Below are positions 17,620-28,701 of a DNA stretch of 64,000 nucleotides, piece after piece. Made by a program: the position numbers and the translations under genes. The stretch is from Bacteroidota bacterium. Its GTDB lineage: Bacteria > Bacteroidota > Rhodothermia > Rhodothermales > UBA10348. Within the stretch, counting starts at the first letter, position 1; every line of letters starts with the position of its first letter. The DNA is taken from positions 4,625 through 68,624 of the forward strand of contig JAJCYQ010000095.1 in assembly GCA_029262835.1 (NCBI GenBank). The letters run 5' to 3'. Under the pieces are notes generated by a model, which saw only the letters and a program-made list of their open reading frames with translations, ran no database searches and was not told the DNA's origin.

Positions 17620-20440
17620 GCCGCGCGGCGAATGAGAAAACGCGCGGCAGAAGCGGGCGCTCACTCCGCTCAAGCAGGCCCGTCTGGCCCGCCTCATCGC
17701 CGAGGAAGAACTGCTCCTCGTCCAGTTCAAAGAGCCATTCGGCGGCATTGGTGCGTCCCAGTACATTGATCACATCGGCGCGTACCTGCACCGCGTACGA
17801 CCCTACAGGAAAGGTCCAGGAGAAGCCCGCGTCCAACTGGTGTATTCCGGGCAGCACGTGGTCATCCGGACTCGTAAGATCAAAAAACTCAATTTGACGC
17901 TGGATGCGACGGATGGCGTCTTCTGATACCCCATTGGACCGCATGTCAGCCACAAGATTGTCGACCTGGTTGAGGTGGGCGCTGAGGAAATCGTAGTAGG
18001 ACTTCCTGAATCCCCACGCCCTGTCCCAGATGCTTTTCCACCGGACCAGGAAAACGGCTCCCTCGAATGGCACCAGGTCGGCCTTCGCCTCAAGGCGGAG
18101 TGGCTCATTCCATGGTACGGTCAGTGATCGTCCACCAAATAGATTGGCGATCTCACGTTCTGCTCGGCTGTAGTCGAAGGATATACCAACGCCTCCAAGA
18201 CCCACGGAACGGGTCAGCGAAGCCGAGAATCCGGCCGCATGGCCACTGGAGGACTGCAGAAAAGCATCCTGGGAGAGATCCGCCCCAGGATCAGGCTCTG
18301 CGCTGTAGTCCAGCGTAAGGACATGATAATTGCGTTTATAATACGATTCCAGTGACAGGGACCACTGGGGCGTTGGCGAAATCAGAATCTCAGCGGCTAC
18401 ATGTCCCGTTTTGGGTGGCGTCACCGTATCGTCATTCTGCAGCCACACACGGGTAGAAGACACGAAGGCGCGTGGACTGCGACTCGAGATATCAAACTGA
18501 TTCGTGAACTGCCGGTAGAGACCACCACCTACGAAAAACGACACCGCGCCGAGCGGAGTACTGGCATAGTCGAATCGGGTAGAAATGCGCGGCTCGCCGT
18601 AAAGCGTACTCCGGGCGTTGAGCCAGGTGAGGCGCGTGCCGATTTCGAGGGACCCGTGTTGACCCAGTTGCAAGTTGTCCTGCAGGAAACCCGCCACTCG
18701 AAATCCGGATGACGAATGACTGACGGGCAACTGCTGCGTACCGGCGACGCTGAAGTCTGACCCGGACCCGATTACTTCCAGGGCGGCCTCCAGGTGGTGA
18801 CCGTTGTCCATGTAATAGTCCATGCCCCCTTTGAGTCCTACTTCGAATACCTCATTTCCATCGTCCTCGGTTTCATCTGCTGAAAAATTGTCCGGCGCCT
18901 CAAAGTCATGACGCAGCCGGTAAAAACTTCCCCGGACCTGAAGATGGGTAAGCATGTGAGCGCTTCGAACGACATCGTATCGGGCCTGCGCCATTCCATT
19001 CTGCCAGCCATACAGGTCCCGGAACCGGGCCAGACGATCGGTCGGAAGTGGCGACCCGGATCCCGGCTGCGCATCCGGCAGGAGTTCGGAGGATGAGAGT
19101 TCATTCCCAATGGCACTGCGTCCCCAGTACGCGGAAATATTAAGCGTTCGGAGGGCACCAAATCGAATGCGAACGGCCTGGTGGAGATCGGCAAACTGGA
19201 GCGTGGGTTCTCCTTCGGGGGGCAGGTTGGCAAACGGTGTATTGGTCGATGCGAACGCCGAGAGCAGAAACGTATCGACGGAGTTCCAATCATCGAGCAG
19301 GCCCGCCAGCGAAGGCGGCGAGGTCAGGCTCCACATGCCAATACGCGCTGCCGTCAACGTCGTAATATGGCGACCGGCGCGGTCTGTCCGGTTGCTCGAA
19401 AAGCGGGCATTTGTTGAAAGTGGGTCGATCTGCAGCGTGAACTGATTCTGCTGTCGCACGCCGCGAAGACCAACCGGTGTACGCAGATCATGCTCTGCCT
19501 CAATGACGCCTGATATCTGGCTGCCATGGTCGGCACCAAAACCTGCTTTGTGTACTGTGATTCGGCCCAGGGCGAACGGACTGAATGGGCCGACAAACGT
19601 AGCCACGTTGAGCGGAAGATACACGGGTGCTCCATCCAGGCGGAACTCATGTTCTCCCGCATCCCCTCCCTGGATATGGATGTCGGCCGTGGCATCGCTC
19701 ACGCGTACGCCCGGCATGGCTGCCAGGCTCTGCAGAAGACCACTTGTACCTGCATTGGCATTCGTGGTGACCTCTTCCTGGGATGCCATGGCGGAGCCCA
19801 GGAGAGATGATGCTGGCGTCATGCCGAGGCCATCCACGACGATGGGCGCAATCAGAATACTCTCCGGACGAAGCAGGACTTCCGCACTCGCATCCCCTCC
19901 AGCCTTGATGGATACAGAGATCGTATGTTGCCGATACCCCAGGTGGCTCACGCGCACATTGTAGGTTCCTGGTAGCAGCCTCGGGAAAATGAACATGCCT
20001 TCCTGGTTGGCAACACTACCACGCTCAGCCTCGGCCAGGTAGATATGGGCGTTGGAAACAGGCTGCTCGGTCTCCACGTCCAACACAATACCTCTCAGGT
20101 TACCGAAGAGAGGAGGGCCTTCAGTGGCAATTTCGAGCAGATAGAGACCATTCGAGCGGCGAATGAAGTCAAGCCCAGTTCCCTCCAGGACGCACGACAG
20201 CAGCTGTTCGAATGGCAGATCATCTGCCCGACAAAAGCTCCGTTTTCCAGAAACGAGCAGCGGGTCCCATGCCAGATCGGCGTCTGTTACGGCCACAAGT
20301 GTGGCCAGCGCAGCAGAGAGCGGTTCATTCTGAAAGGACAGCGACCATGTCGCCTCCTGGGCACGTCCTGTGTGCGGCAGGCTTGCCGCCAACATCAGGA
20401 AAAGCAGGAATGCTGTAAGTGGCCTTGGGAAAGGCGGCAT
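17609..20440 (-). CDS. TonB-dependent outer-membrane transducer (STN + CarboxypepD_reg + plug/barrel)
   Basis: A signal peptide is followed by an STN-like segment (FQNEPLSAALATL...GLDFIRRSNGLYLL) and a carboxypeptidase-regulatory-like domain (RGIVLDVETEQPVSNAHIYL...GTYNVRVSHLGY). A long beta-barrel then ends in an aromatic C-terminus, ...ARLTW. It lies downstream of ECF sigma and FecR. Confidence 0.8.
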   Translation of the reverse strand: MPPFPRPLTAFLLFLMLAASLPHTGRAQEATWSLSFQNEPLSAALATLVAVTDADLAWDPLLVSGKRSFCRADDLPFEQLLSCVLEGTGLDFIRRSNGLYLLEIATEGPPLFGNLRGIVLDVETEQPVSNAHIYLAEAERGSVANQEGMFIFPRLLPGTYNVRVSHLGYRQHTISVSIKAGGDASAEVLLRPESILIAPIVVDGLGMTPASSLLGSAMASQEEVTTNANAGTSGLLQSLAAMPGVRVSDATADIHIQGGDAGEHEFRLDGAPVYLPLNVATFVGPFSPFALGRITVHKAGFGADHGSQISGVIEAEHDLRTPVGLRGVRQQNQFTLQIDPLSTNARFSSNRTDRAGRHITTLTAARIGMWSLTSPPSLAGLLDDWNSVDTFLLSAFASTNTPFANLPPEGEPTLQFADLHQAVRIRFGALRTLNISAYWGRSAIGNELSSSELLPDAQPGSGSPLPTDRLARFRDLYGWQNGMAQARYDVVRSAHMLTHLQVRGSFYRLRHDFEAPDNFSADETEDDGNEVFEVGLKGGMDYYMDNGHHLEAALEVIGSGSDFSVAGTQQLPVSHSSSGFRVAGFLQDNLQLGQHGSLEIGTRLTWLNARSTLYGEPRISTRFDYASTPLGAVSFFVGGGLYRQFTNQFDISSRSPRAFVSSTRVWLQNDDTVTPPKTGHVAAEILISPTPQWSLSLESYYKRNYHVLTLDYSAEPDPGADLSQDAFLQSSSGHAAGFSASLTRSVGLGGVGISFDYSRAEREIANLFGGRSLTVPWNEPLRLEAKADLVPFEGAVFLVRWKSIWDRAWGFRKSYYDFLSAHLNQVDNLVADMRSNGVSEDAIRRIQRQIEFFDLTSPDDHVLPGIHQLDAGFSWTFPVGSYAVQVRADVINVLGRTNAAEWLFELDEEQFFLGDEAGQTGLLERSERPLLPRVFSFAARLTW

Positions 20441-20501
20441 AGGGCCGCGTCGAAACGCCGAATGGTACCAGATGCTCCGTTATCCAATATAAGGAAAGGA
20501 A

Positions 20502-21437
20502 TCAGGGGAGGTACAATTCGAACCCATCTTTTACCGGTCGGTACCGGACGCCAACGGTAGCCGCCACATCGCCAATAATCTCTGAGGCGTCCGACGCGTG
20601 TTGTTTCCAGTACGAAATGCGGCGTAACCGGATGGATGCAGGTGCCGACAGCACGATGTCGTACCGGCGCTCCAGATCAAGAAGGACATTGCCGACGGGT
20701 TCGTTCTCGTAGGCAAGACCGCCGGTACGCCACGACAGCGAGCGCTCGAGGTTCACGTCGGGAAGTGCCACGGGGGCGTCCTGGCCGCTCGCTACGCGTG
20801 CGGCATCGCCTGGCGCGAGCTCACGTACGACATCTCCGCTCCGCACGGCAACGCGGCCAGAGGATACAACGACGTCAGAAGCGGCTTCCATGTTGCCCGG
20901 CCAGGCTTCGACACTGAATGTCGTGCCAAGCACCTCCGTCGCGCTGTTGAAGGTCAGCACCTCGAATGGTGCACCCGTTTTTTCTACATCGAAGTAGGCA
21001 CGTCCCCGGAGTCGGACCGTACGTCTTTCGTCACGATCCGCGCCGAATTCTTCGTCGTATGCAATTCGGCTGCCAGCGGCCAACGTAACCGTCGATCCGT
21101 CAGGAAGCGTATAAACGGATGCCGCCACGCCCCGATCAGCACGCTGAATGTGGGTCTCTGGACCCATCAGAAAGGCCAGTGCGACAGCAACCAACAGGGC
21201 GGCGGCGACAGAGGAGAAGCGGAACGTGTGCTGGGTTACGAGCCTGAGTCGGCGCACGCGTGGTTCAGCCGAGAGAAGAACGGCGCTGCGCACTGCAGCA
21301 CGGCGCGCATCCGGTGCGACGGCATCCCGTTTTCCGGACAGCTCCCACATATCCCGTAGGGCGTCACCATCTTCGTGCACGCCAAGGAGCGCATCGAGAT
21401 CAGGAGGCAGTCGATATGGGGAGGTGTTGTCAGGCAT
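20502..21437 (-). CDS. FecR-family anti-sigma factor / sensor
   Basis: 311 aa with a single TM (AALLVAVALAFL) and a periplasmic FecR-like domain (TLPDGSTVTLAAGSRI...). It overlaps the ECF sigma gene by 8 nt. Confidence 0.8.
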   Translation of the reverse strand: MPDNTSPYRLPPDLDALLGVHEDGDALRDMWELSGKRDAVAPDARRAAVRSAVLLSAEPRVRRLRLVTQHTFRFSSVAAALLVAVALAFLMGPETHIQRADRGVAASVYTLPDGSTVTLAAGSRIAYDEEFGADRDERRTVRLRGRAYFDVEKTGAPFEVLTFNSATEVLGTTFSVEAWPGNMEAASDVVVSSGRVAVRSGDVVRELAPGDAARVASGQDAPVALPDVNLERSLSWRTGGLAYENEPVGNVLLDLERRYDIVLSAPASIRLRRISYWKQHASDASEIIGDVAATVGVRYRPVKDGFELYLP

Positions 21438-21990
21438 TGTTGTAGGCTTCGACCTTCTGTCGAAGGTGCTGAAGCGCCAGTACGATATGATTATTGACCG
21501 TCTTTGGAGCCAGGTTCATGAGCGATGCAATTTCGTCGTGACTCATGCCTTCATACCGGCTCAGCATGAATGCTTCGCGTCGCCGTTCAGGCATGTCCTC
21601 GATCCACTCATCCAGTCGTTTCCGAAGGTCATCAGCATCGAGATGTTCGTCGTTCAGCGTATCATGGCTCACCGCCGGATGGTCATCCGAAAGGGCGTCC
21701 GTTGCGTGTCGTTTTTTCTGTCGTTCGTGGTTCAGTGAATAATTACGCGCCATCTGATAGAGCAGTGACTTCAGTGACCGATCCGGATCAATACTTTCCC
21801 GGATCTGCCACAGTTTCACGAACACATCCTGGGTAATGTCGGACGACGCCTCCCGATCGCGCGTGATGTACAGGGAGTATCTGAACAGCGCGTCGTACAT
21901 GGCATCGAAGACTGCTTCGAATGCATTCGTCTCACTACGTCGAAGACCGTGACTCCAAATCAGGAATGAATCTTCCTCATCAGATCGCAT
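21430..21990 (-). CDS. ECF-type RNA polymerase sigma-70 factor
   Basis: 186 aa with region 2 (ITQDVFVKLW) and region 4 (REAFMLSRYEGMSHDEIASLMNLAPKTVNNH). Confidence 0.88.
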   Translation of the reverse strand: MRSDEEDSFLIWSHGLRRSETNAFEAVFDAMYDALFRYSLYITRDREASSDITQDVFVKLWQIRESIDPDRSLKSLLYQMARNYSLNHERQKKRHATDALSDDHPAVSHDTLNDEHLDADDLRKRLDEWIEDMPERRREAFMLSRYEGMSHDEIASLMNLAPKTVNNHIVLALQHLRQKVEAYNNA

Positions 21991-22229
21991 GCGCGATTTC
22001 CTCAGTCATTGATTAGTACACCGCTCATCGTAAATCTACCTAATCCTGTACTTGAACTGCTTCCAGGTGTAGTATAAGATGAACACGCCACGCCTATTAC
22101 ATTGTGACACAAAGCCATAGCATGCTTATGCAAAAGATGCCAGTGCCTCGGGGCCATCTTCTGGCGAGAGTTTTTATTGGCGGCACACGCTCCCCGGGCT
22201 TAAAGTAACACATGAGGAGCGCGTGTGCG

Positions 22230-22257
22230 TGGAACTGTATGTAGACCCACGTATAAT
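22230..22257 (+). promoter_or_regulatory. Candidate promoter for lepA
   Basis: Perfect TATAAT at 22252-22257, 44 nt upstream of the lepA ATG, with a weak -35 TGGAAC at 22230-22235 (16-nt spacer). Confidence 0.3.
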
Positions 22258-22301
22258 AGCGCGTCCACAACTCGTTCCCACGTTTTACGCGAGACCCACG
22301 C

Positions 22302-24107
<1,806 letters not shown>

Positions 24108-24111
24108 AACC

Positions 24112-24915
24112 ATGCCGGCGCGTCTGTTTTTTCTACTTCTGGTGTGCCTTCCGGTCTACGGCGTCTCTGCACAACGTCAATCCACATCGGAGCTGCTCTC
24201 ACTCTATCTGAAAGAGCGGGCCCTCGAACTTGCTGCCCGAGACGTCCGGCAACGTGGGGAGCGTGTGGCAACCATGCCACTGGCTGATCTTCCTCCGGAA
24301 GACGACCGCGTTCGGCGCTGGCTGGCTGCGCTGTATCCACCGGCCCAACCGCCAGCTGATGATCCACCCACGTTTGAAGTCCACGCACTGGAGCCCATCA
24401 GCCGCGTGCGGCGTCCGGCCCACGTGAAGCGGTTCCGGGAAACAGCCTGGGCGTTCGCTGGCTCTCAGAGCCGCTCGCCCATTGATACGCTCATGACACG
24501 GGACATCCGGGCGCGCATGCAGGCGCAGTTCGGCTCGCCCACGCGCCTGGTCATTGATATGGACAGTGTCGAAACGCTTCCTCCTGCGGAGATCATACAG
24601 TTCGAATACTGGTTCATCGTGAACGATTCCATTCCGGCCATGATCGTCGATGTGAACGGACCGTGGGATCGCGGTATCGTGGTCGCCGCACCCTCGGCAT
24701 TGCGACAGGACATTCGGGCACTCAAGGATGCCCTGCTGACAGACGTTGCACACTCTGCGCAGCGCGACCCCTGGGCCGACTATTATTATAATGCCTTCCA
24801 GGGTACTTGGTATATAACGGGATATGACGGAGCAATGTTTTTCGACAGGCGTATTGGGCGACCTGATACCGACCTCGGTCCGCCCTCCATCTTACCCTTC
24901 CTGGAAAACCAGTAA
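24112..24915 (+). CDS. Hypothetical secreted protein
   Basis: The ORF has an N-terminal signal peptide (MPARLFFLLLVCLPVYGVSAQ). I recognise no motifs. It lies between lepA and lepB. Confidence 0.55.
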   Translation: MPARLFFLLLVCLPVYGVSAQRQSTSELLSLYLKERALELAARDVRQRGERVATMPLADLPPEDDRVRRWLAALYPPAQPPADDPPTFEVHALEPISRVRRPAHVKRFRETAWAFAGSQSRSPIDTLMTRDIRARMQAQFGSPTRLVIDMDSVETLPPAEIIQFEYWFIVNDSIPAMIVDVNGPWDRGIVVAAPSALRQDIRALKDALLTDVAHSAQRDPWADYYYNAFQGTWYITGYDGAMFFDRRIGRPDTDLGPPSILPFLENQ

Positions 24916-24928
24916 CCGCTGAGCGCCC

Positions 24929-26053
24929 ATGACGAAGCCATCAAAAGAAGATTCAGCCGCCGAAGCCAGGCGCCGACGCGGGGAGCGGGCCGCTGCCAGC
25001 AGAGGCAAGGACAAGGGTAAAGGGAGCAAGCCAACCAAGGGCCCCATCCGCGAGTGGCTGGATGCCATGATCTTCGCCGTGGTCGTGATGGTCGTCCTGC
25101 GCGTACTCTTCTTCGATCTTTTCCGCATTCCGACACCGTCCATGGAGAAGAGTCTGCTCGTCGGAGACTACCTGTTTGTATCGAAACTGCACTATGGTAC
25201 GCGTACGCCCATGACCCTCGGTGTCCCGTTCACAGGCATGTACGTCCCAGGAATCAAGCTCCCCTGGACGCGCTTTCCGGGCTTCTCCGAAGTGAAGCGC
25301 CTCGATGCAGTCGTCTTCAACTGGCCCGCAGACGAAGTCGATATCATTGACCGCCGTCAGCACTATATAAAACGCGTCATCGGACTGCCTGGCGAGGCGC
25401 TTGAGGTCCGGGATAAGCAGGTTTATGTGGATAGCAGCCACCAGGAACTGCTGCCTACCATGCAGGTCTACTGGAACGTGTTCAAGAGCGACCCCCGCGT
25501 CCGTCTCAATCCCGCTTCGCTCTCGGAGCTCGGCATTTCAAGCATGGTGCCGACGACCAATCCGGCCATTGTCCAGATGATTGCAACACCCCAGGCTGCT
25601 GAGCAGCTCACTACGCTTCCCTGGGTCGATTCGGTGCGCGTAGCCGTCGTGCGTCGGGCGGATGTCTACAACAACAGCATGTATCCGCCCGGCATGGGCT
25701 GGACACCTGACAACTATGGACCGGTACGTATTCCTGCAGCCGGCATGACCGTGACCCTCGACGCCAATTCCGCCCGAATGTATGAAACGGTGATTACGCG
25801 TTACGAGGGACACACGCTGTCGACGGCTTCCGACGGAAGCTATCTGGTCGATGGGCAACCGGCTGCGTCCTACACGTTCGAGCAGGATTACTACTTCGTC
25901 ATGGGAGATAACCGGGACAACTCCGAGGACAGCCGATTCTGGGGCTTCGTACCCATGGATCACATCGTGGGCAAGGCCGTCACGGTCTATTTCTCATGGG
26001 ATAAAGAGGCCATGCTGCCGCGCTTCGGGCGCCTGTTGCATCAGATAGAGTAG
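24929..26053 (+). CDS. lepB: Signal peptidase I
   Basis: A basic N-terminal tail and one TM are followed by the catalytic Ser box IPTPSMEKSL, the Lys box YIKRVIGLPGE, and GDNRDNSEDSRFWG. Confidence 0.9.
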   Translation: MTKPSKEDSAAEARRRRGERAAASRGKDKGKGSKPTKGPIREWLDAMIFAVVVMVVLRVLFFDLFRIPTPSMEKSLLVGDYLFVSKLHYGTRTPMTLGVPFTGMYVPGIKLPWTRFPGFSEVKRLDAVVFNWPADEVDIIDRRQHYIKRVIGLPGEALEVRDKQVYVDSSHQELLPTMQVYWNVFKSDPRVRLNPASLSELGISSMVPTTNPAIVQMIATPQAAEQLTTLPWVDSVRVAVVRRADVYNNSMYPPGMGWTPDNYGPVRIPAAGMTVTLDANSARMYETVITRYEGHTLSTASDGSYLVDGQPAASYTFEQDYYFVMGDNRDNSEDSRFWGFVPMDHIVGKAVTVYFSWDKEAMLPRFGRLLHQIE

Positions 26054-26108
26054 TGCCCCTGCCAGGTCGGACGCGACATTGGCTCGTGTCGCCGGGAACA
26101 GAGGCGAC

Positions 26109-27071
26109 TCAGGGAGATGTGCCCCGAATCCGGTCGAAATACTTCTGCTGCGGCGAACCAGGTGGCACATCGAAGGGATGGTTCGGCAGCTCGACCTTGA
26201 CCAGTTGAGGCATACCGTTCACCATGCGGAATGGCCTGGGATTCCCCGGTGGATCCTGGCCAATCACGAGTACCGTCGTTCCTGGCTCCGCTACGGTACC
26301 AAAACCGGCGCGATAGCCCCGGCCGCTCGACGTGAGCTTCCACTGGTCGGCCCAGTTGTAGATCCATTTGGCATCCTCATCCACCAGCCGAACGCAACCG
26401 TGACTTGTTGGGCCCCCTGTCGGCATGGGATATTGATGTACATGGATGCCCCGGCTCTCTACGAAATTGAACACCCAGTACATTTCCCAGGGCTCACCGG
26501 GTGGACTCATGGATGAAATCCTGTACTCCGTCTTCCAGTTGAAGTTGAATCTGCCGTTCGGCGTTCGATAGGATGCAGCACCGGTATTCACAATACCCCA
26601 GCGCACAAGACGTCCCATTTCGTAGGCCGCCCACGCCTGGATGGATTTGTCAATTACGAAGACCTTGTCGAATGCCACACCTCCCGCATAGAATCGGGGA
26701 AACGGGGAGTAGGCACAGAAGTCAAGATCCATCCGGTCAGGCACAATAAGCGTATCGCCGATCTGCGTCATATGGATCAGCGTCCGATTTAGGAGCCCCA
26801 CTAGTTTAGCCCGCTCTTTGCCGAGCTGCACGTCCGAATCGCCGATGATTTTGTAGAACGTGTTGCGAGCCAACACATTGTTGTCTCGACTGCTGTACAG
26901 CACCTGATAGTCGTAGCGCGGCGTTGGCAGCGTTGCGAGGTCTTCCGAGCACTCATGCAGGATTTCAGCCAGCTCATTCTGGTTGATGTAGAACTGCGCC
27001 TCGGCGGATTTTGCAGGCGCCAGGGCCGGCAGCAACAGGATGAGAAGTAAATGGAGTCGGGGCATTCGCAT
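26109..27071 (-). CDS. L,D-transpeptidase (YkuD domain) family protein
   Basis: The catalytic motif HQYPMPTGGPTSHGCVRL is present, along with a signal peptide (MRMPRLHLLLILLLPALAPA). The start is set at 27071 to avoid overlapping the upstream gene. The ORF-track start is 27134. Confidence 0.8.
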   Translation of the reverse strand: MRMPRLHLLLILLLPALAPAKSAEAQFYINQNELAEILHECSEDLATLPTPRYDYQVLYSSRDNNVLARNTFYKIIGDSDVQLGKERAKLVGLLNRTLIHMTQIGDTLIVPDRMDLDFCAYSPFPRFYAGGVAFDKVFVIDKSIQAWAAYEMGRLVRWGIVNTGAASYRTPNGRFNFNWKTEYRISSMSPPGEPWEMYWVFNFVESRGIHVHQYPMPTGGPTSHGCVRLVDEDAKWIYNWADQWKLTSSGRGYRAGFGTVAEPGTTVLVIGQDPPGNPRPFRMVNGMPQLVKVELPNHPFDVPPGSPQQKYFDRIRGTSP

Positions 27072-27115
27072 GATTCCGGGGGGGCGGTACATTGGGTCGG
27101 ATGAGGGGTCGGGGC

Positions 27116-28135
27116 TCAGGAGTGCGCCTCGCAACCTTCCCGCTTGAGGGTCTGGATCACGGCATGATCTCCCATGACAAGCAGGGTATCGCCGGCATGA
27201 ATAGCCATGTCCGGCGATGGGTTGAAGGACAGCTCTCCGGTTTTCGCATCGACAATACCAACGACGATGGCCTCAAAACGTTGCCTGAAATTGGCTGCAG
27301 ACAGGGAAGATCCCGCCAGTAATGCACCTTCGCGGACTGTCACCTCTTCCATCATGTAATGGATGGATTCGGTTCGGAGGATGTGTTCCAGGAAGTGATC
27401 TACATTCGGCTTGAGGATGACCTGGGCCATGCGATCGGCACCGATTTCGTAGGGCGATATGACCTTGTCGGCACCGGCGCGCATGAGTTTGCGCAGATTG
27501 GCCTGCGTATCGGCGCGGACCAGGATGAACAGATCCGGGTTCATTTCGCGCGCCACAAGCGTTGCGAAGACGTTCGTGCGGTCATCGGGAAGTGTCAGGA
27601 TGAGTCCTTTGGCGCGATCTATTCCGGCTTTCTCCAGCACGTCCTCATGTTCGGCATTGCCCTGAACATAGAGCAGGTTGCTTTCGGACAGAGCCGCCGT
27701 CCTCTCTTCACTCATCTCAATGACAACGAAGGGTATGCCGTTGCGCTGCAGATCGTTGGCAATCCGGCTTCCAATACGGCCGTGTCCCGCCAGTATGAAG
27801 TGACTCGAAAGTGCGTTGATCTGTTTGTTCATAGTCTGAAGCCTGAGAGCGGTGTGAGCGAACAGCATCTGAGCCGCCCGCGTGGCAATATAGGCGACGC
27901 TGCCAATGCCAATGAGTCCGACTACAATCGTGAACATACGTCCACCCGTGCCCATGTCATGCACCTCGCGGAATCCGATGGTCGATATGGTTATGAAAGC
28001 CATATACAGGGACTCGGCCCACGTCCAGCCTTCAAGCACCATGTAACCAATCGTCGCGACCGTCAGCACGAGGGTCAGGAACAGGCTGGCAAGGACAAGT
28101 TCCCTTTGCTCGGGGCGCTGGCTGAGACGGAGCAC
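27116..28135 (-). CDS. 2-TM pore + RCK (TrkA-N/TrkA-C) ion channel, non-canonical selectivity filter
   Basis: 339 aa: TM1, pore helix, filter TISTIGFRE (codons at 27968-27982), and TM2. These are followed by a Rossmann RCK domain (ILAGHGRIGSRIA) and a TrkA-C domain. Confidence 0.8.
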   Translation of the reverse strand: MLRLSQRPEQRELVLASLFLTLVLTVATIGYMVLEGWTWAESLYMAFITISTIGFREVHDMGTGGRMFTIVVGLIGIGSVAYIATRAAQMLFAHTALRLQTMNKQINALSSHFILAGHGRIGSRIANDLQRNGIPFVVIEMSEERTAALSESNLLYVQGNAEHEDVLEKAGIDRAKGLILTLPDDRTNVFATLVAREMNPDLFILVRADTQANLRKLMRAGADKVISPYEIGADRMAQVILKPNVDHFLEHILRTESIHYMMEEVTVREGALLAGSSLSAANFRQRFEAIVVGIVDAKTGELSFNPSPDMAIHAGDTLLVMGDHAVIQTLKREGCEAHS

Positions 28136-28143
28136 GATGCTGG

Positions 28144-28689
28144 CTATGCCTGGTGGGAAGCGGAGGAGAGCAGCCGGGAATGCCAGGACGATGCGAGCGG
28201 TACCTCGATTCCGCGTCGCCTCAGCTCATCCAGACGCGACACGGCAAGATCCACGACGGGCGTCTGACCGTCTACGGCCCCGGACTCGGACAAGCCGCGG
28301 AACGCCGATCGACTCGCGGTTTGAATCTTCCCGTCTGCACCGCGGAAAACGATGTCCAGACCACCCACCCACGCAAAATTCAGTTCAAGCGCGACGGCGT
28401 CGAGCGTGTGCAGCGATTTGTCAATGCCACACCCGGACAGCCCACCTCCGGGCACCTCGGCCGCAATGACCAGCAGACGGTCGTCGATCAGCTCGGCGTC
28501 TGAGACAACGAGGCGTCCGTGGGACCGCCAGGTGCTGCGAAATGCCTTCACGTGCGAAAGCACCCGGTCAGCTTCCTCCGGCAAGAGCGACCTGTTGGCC
28601 GCGTGAAGCCAGACGTTGGCATCATCAGACAGGGTTGAAAACATCACGTCGTCTTTCGGGTACATGGAGCGCTCGGTCATGTGTACCAA
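28144..28689 (-). CDS. Conserved hypothetical protein (SGCGID-motif family)
   Basis: 181-aa ORF. The pattern W..HG....(aliphatic)..(D/E)....SGCGIDKS resembles small Bacteroidota proteins that I recall being mis-annotated as ABC transporter ATPase. Function unknown. Confidence 0.5.
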   Translation of the reverse strand: MVHMTERSMYPKDDVMFSTLSDDANVWLHAANRSLLPEEADRVLSHVKAFRSTWRSHGRLVVSDAELIDDRLLVIAAEVPGGGLSGCGIDKSLHTLDAVALELNFAWVGGLDIVFRGADGKIQTASRSAFRGLSESGAVDGQTPVVDLAVSRLDELRRRGIEVPLASSWHSRLLSSASHQA

Positions 28690-28701
28690 TATATTTCACC
28701 A

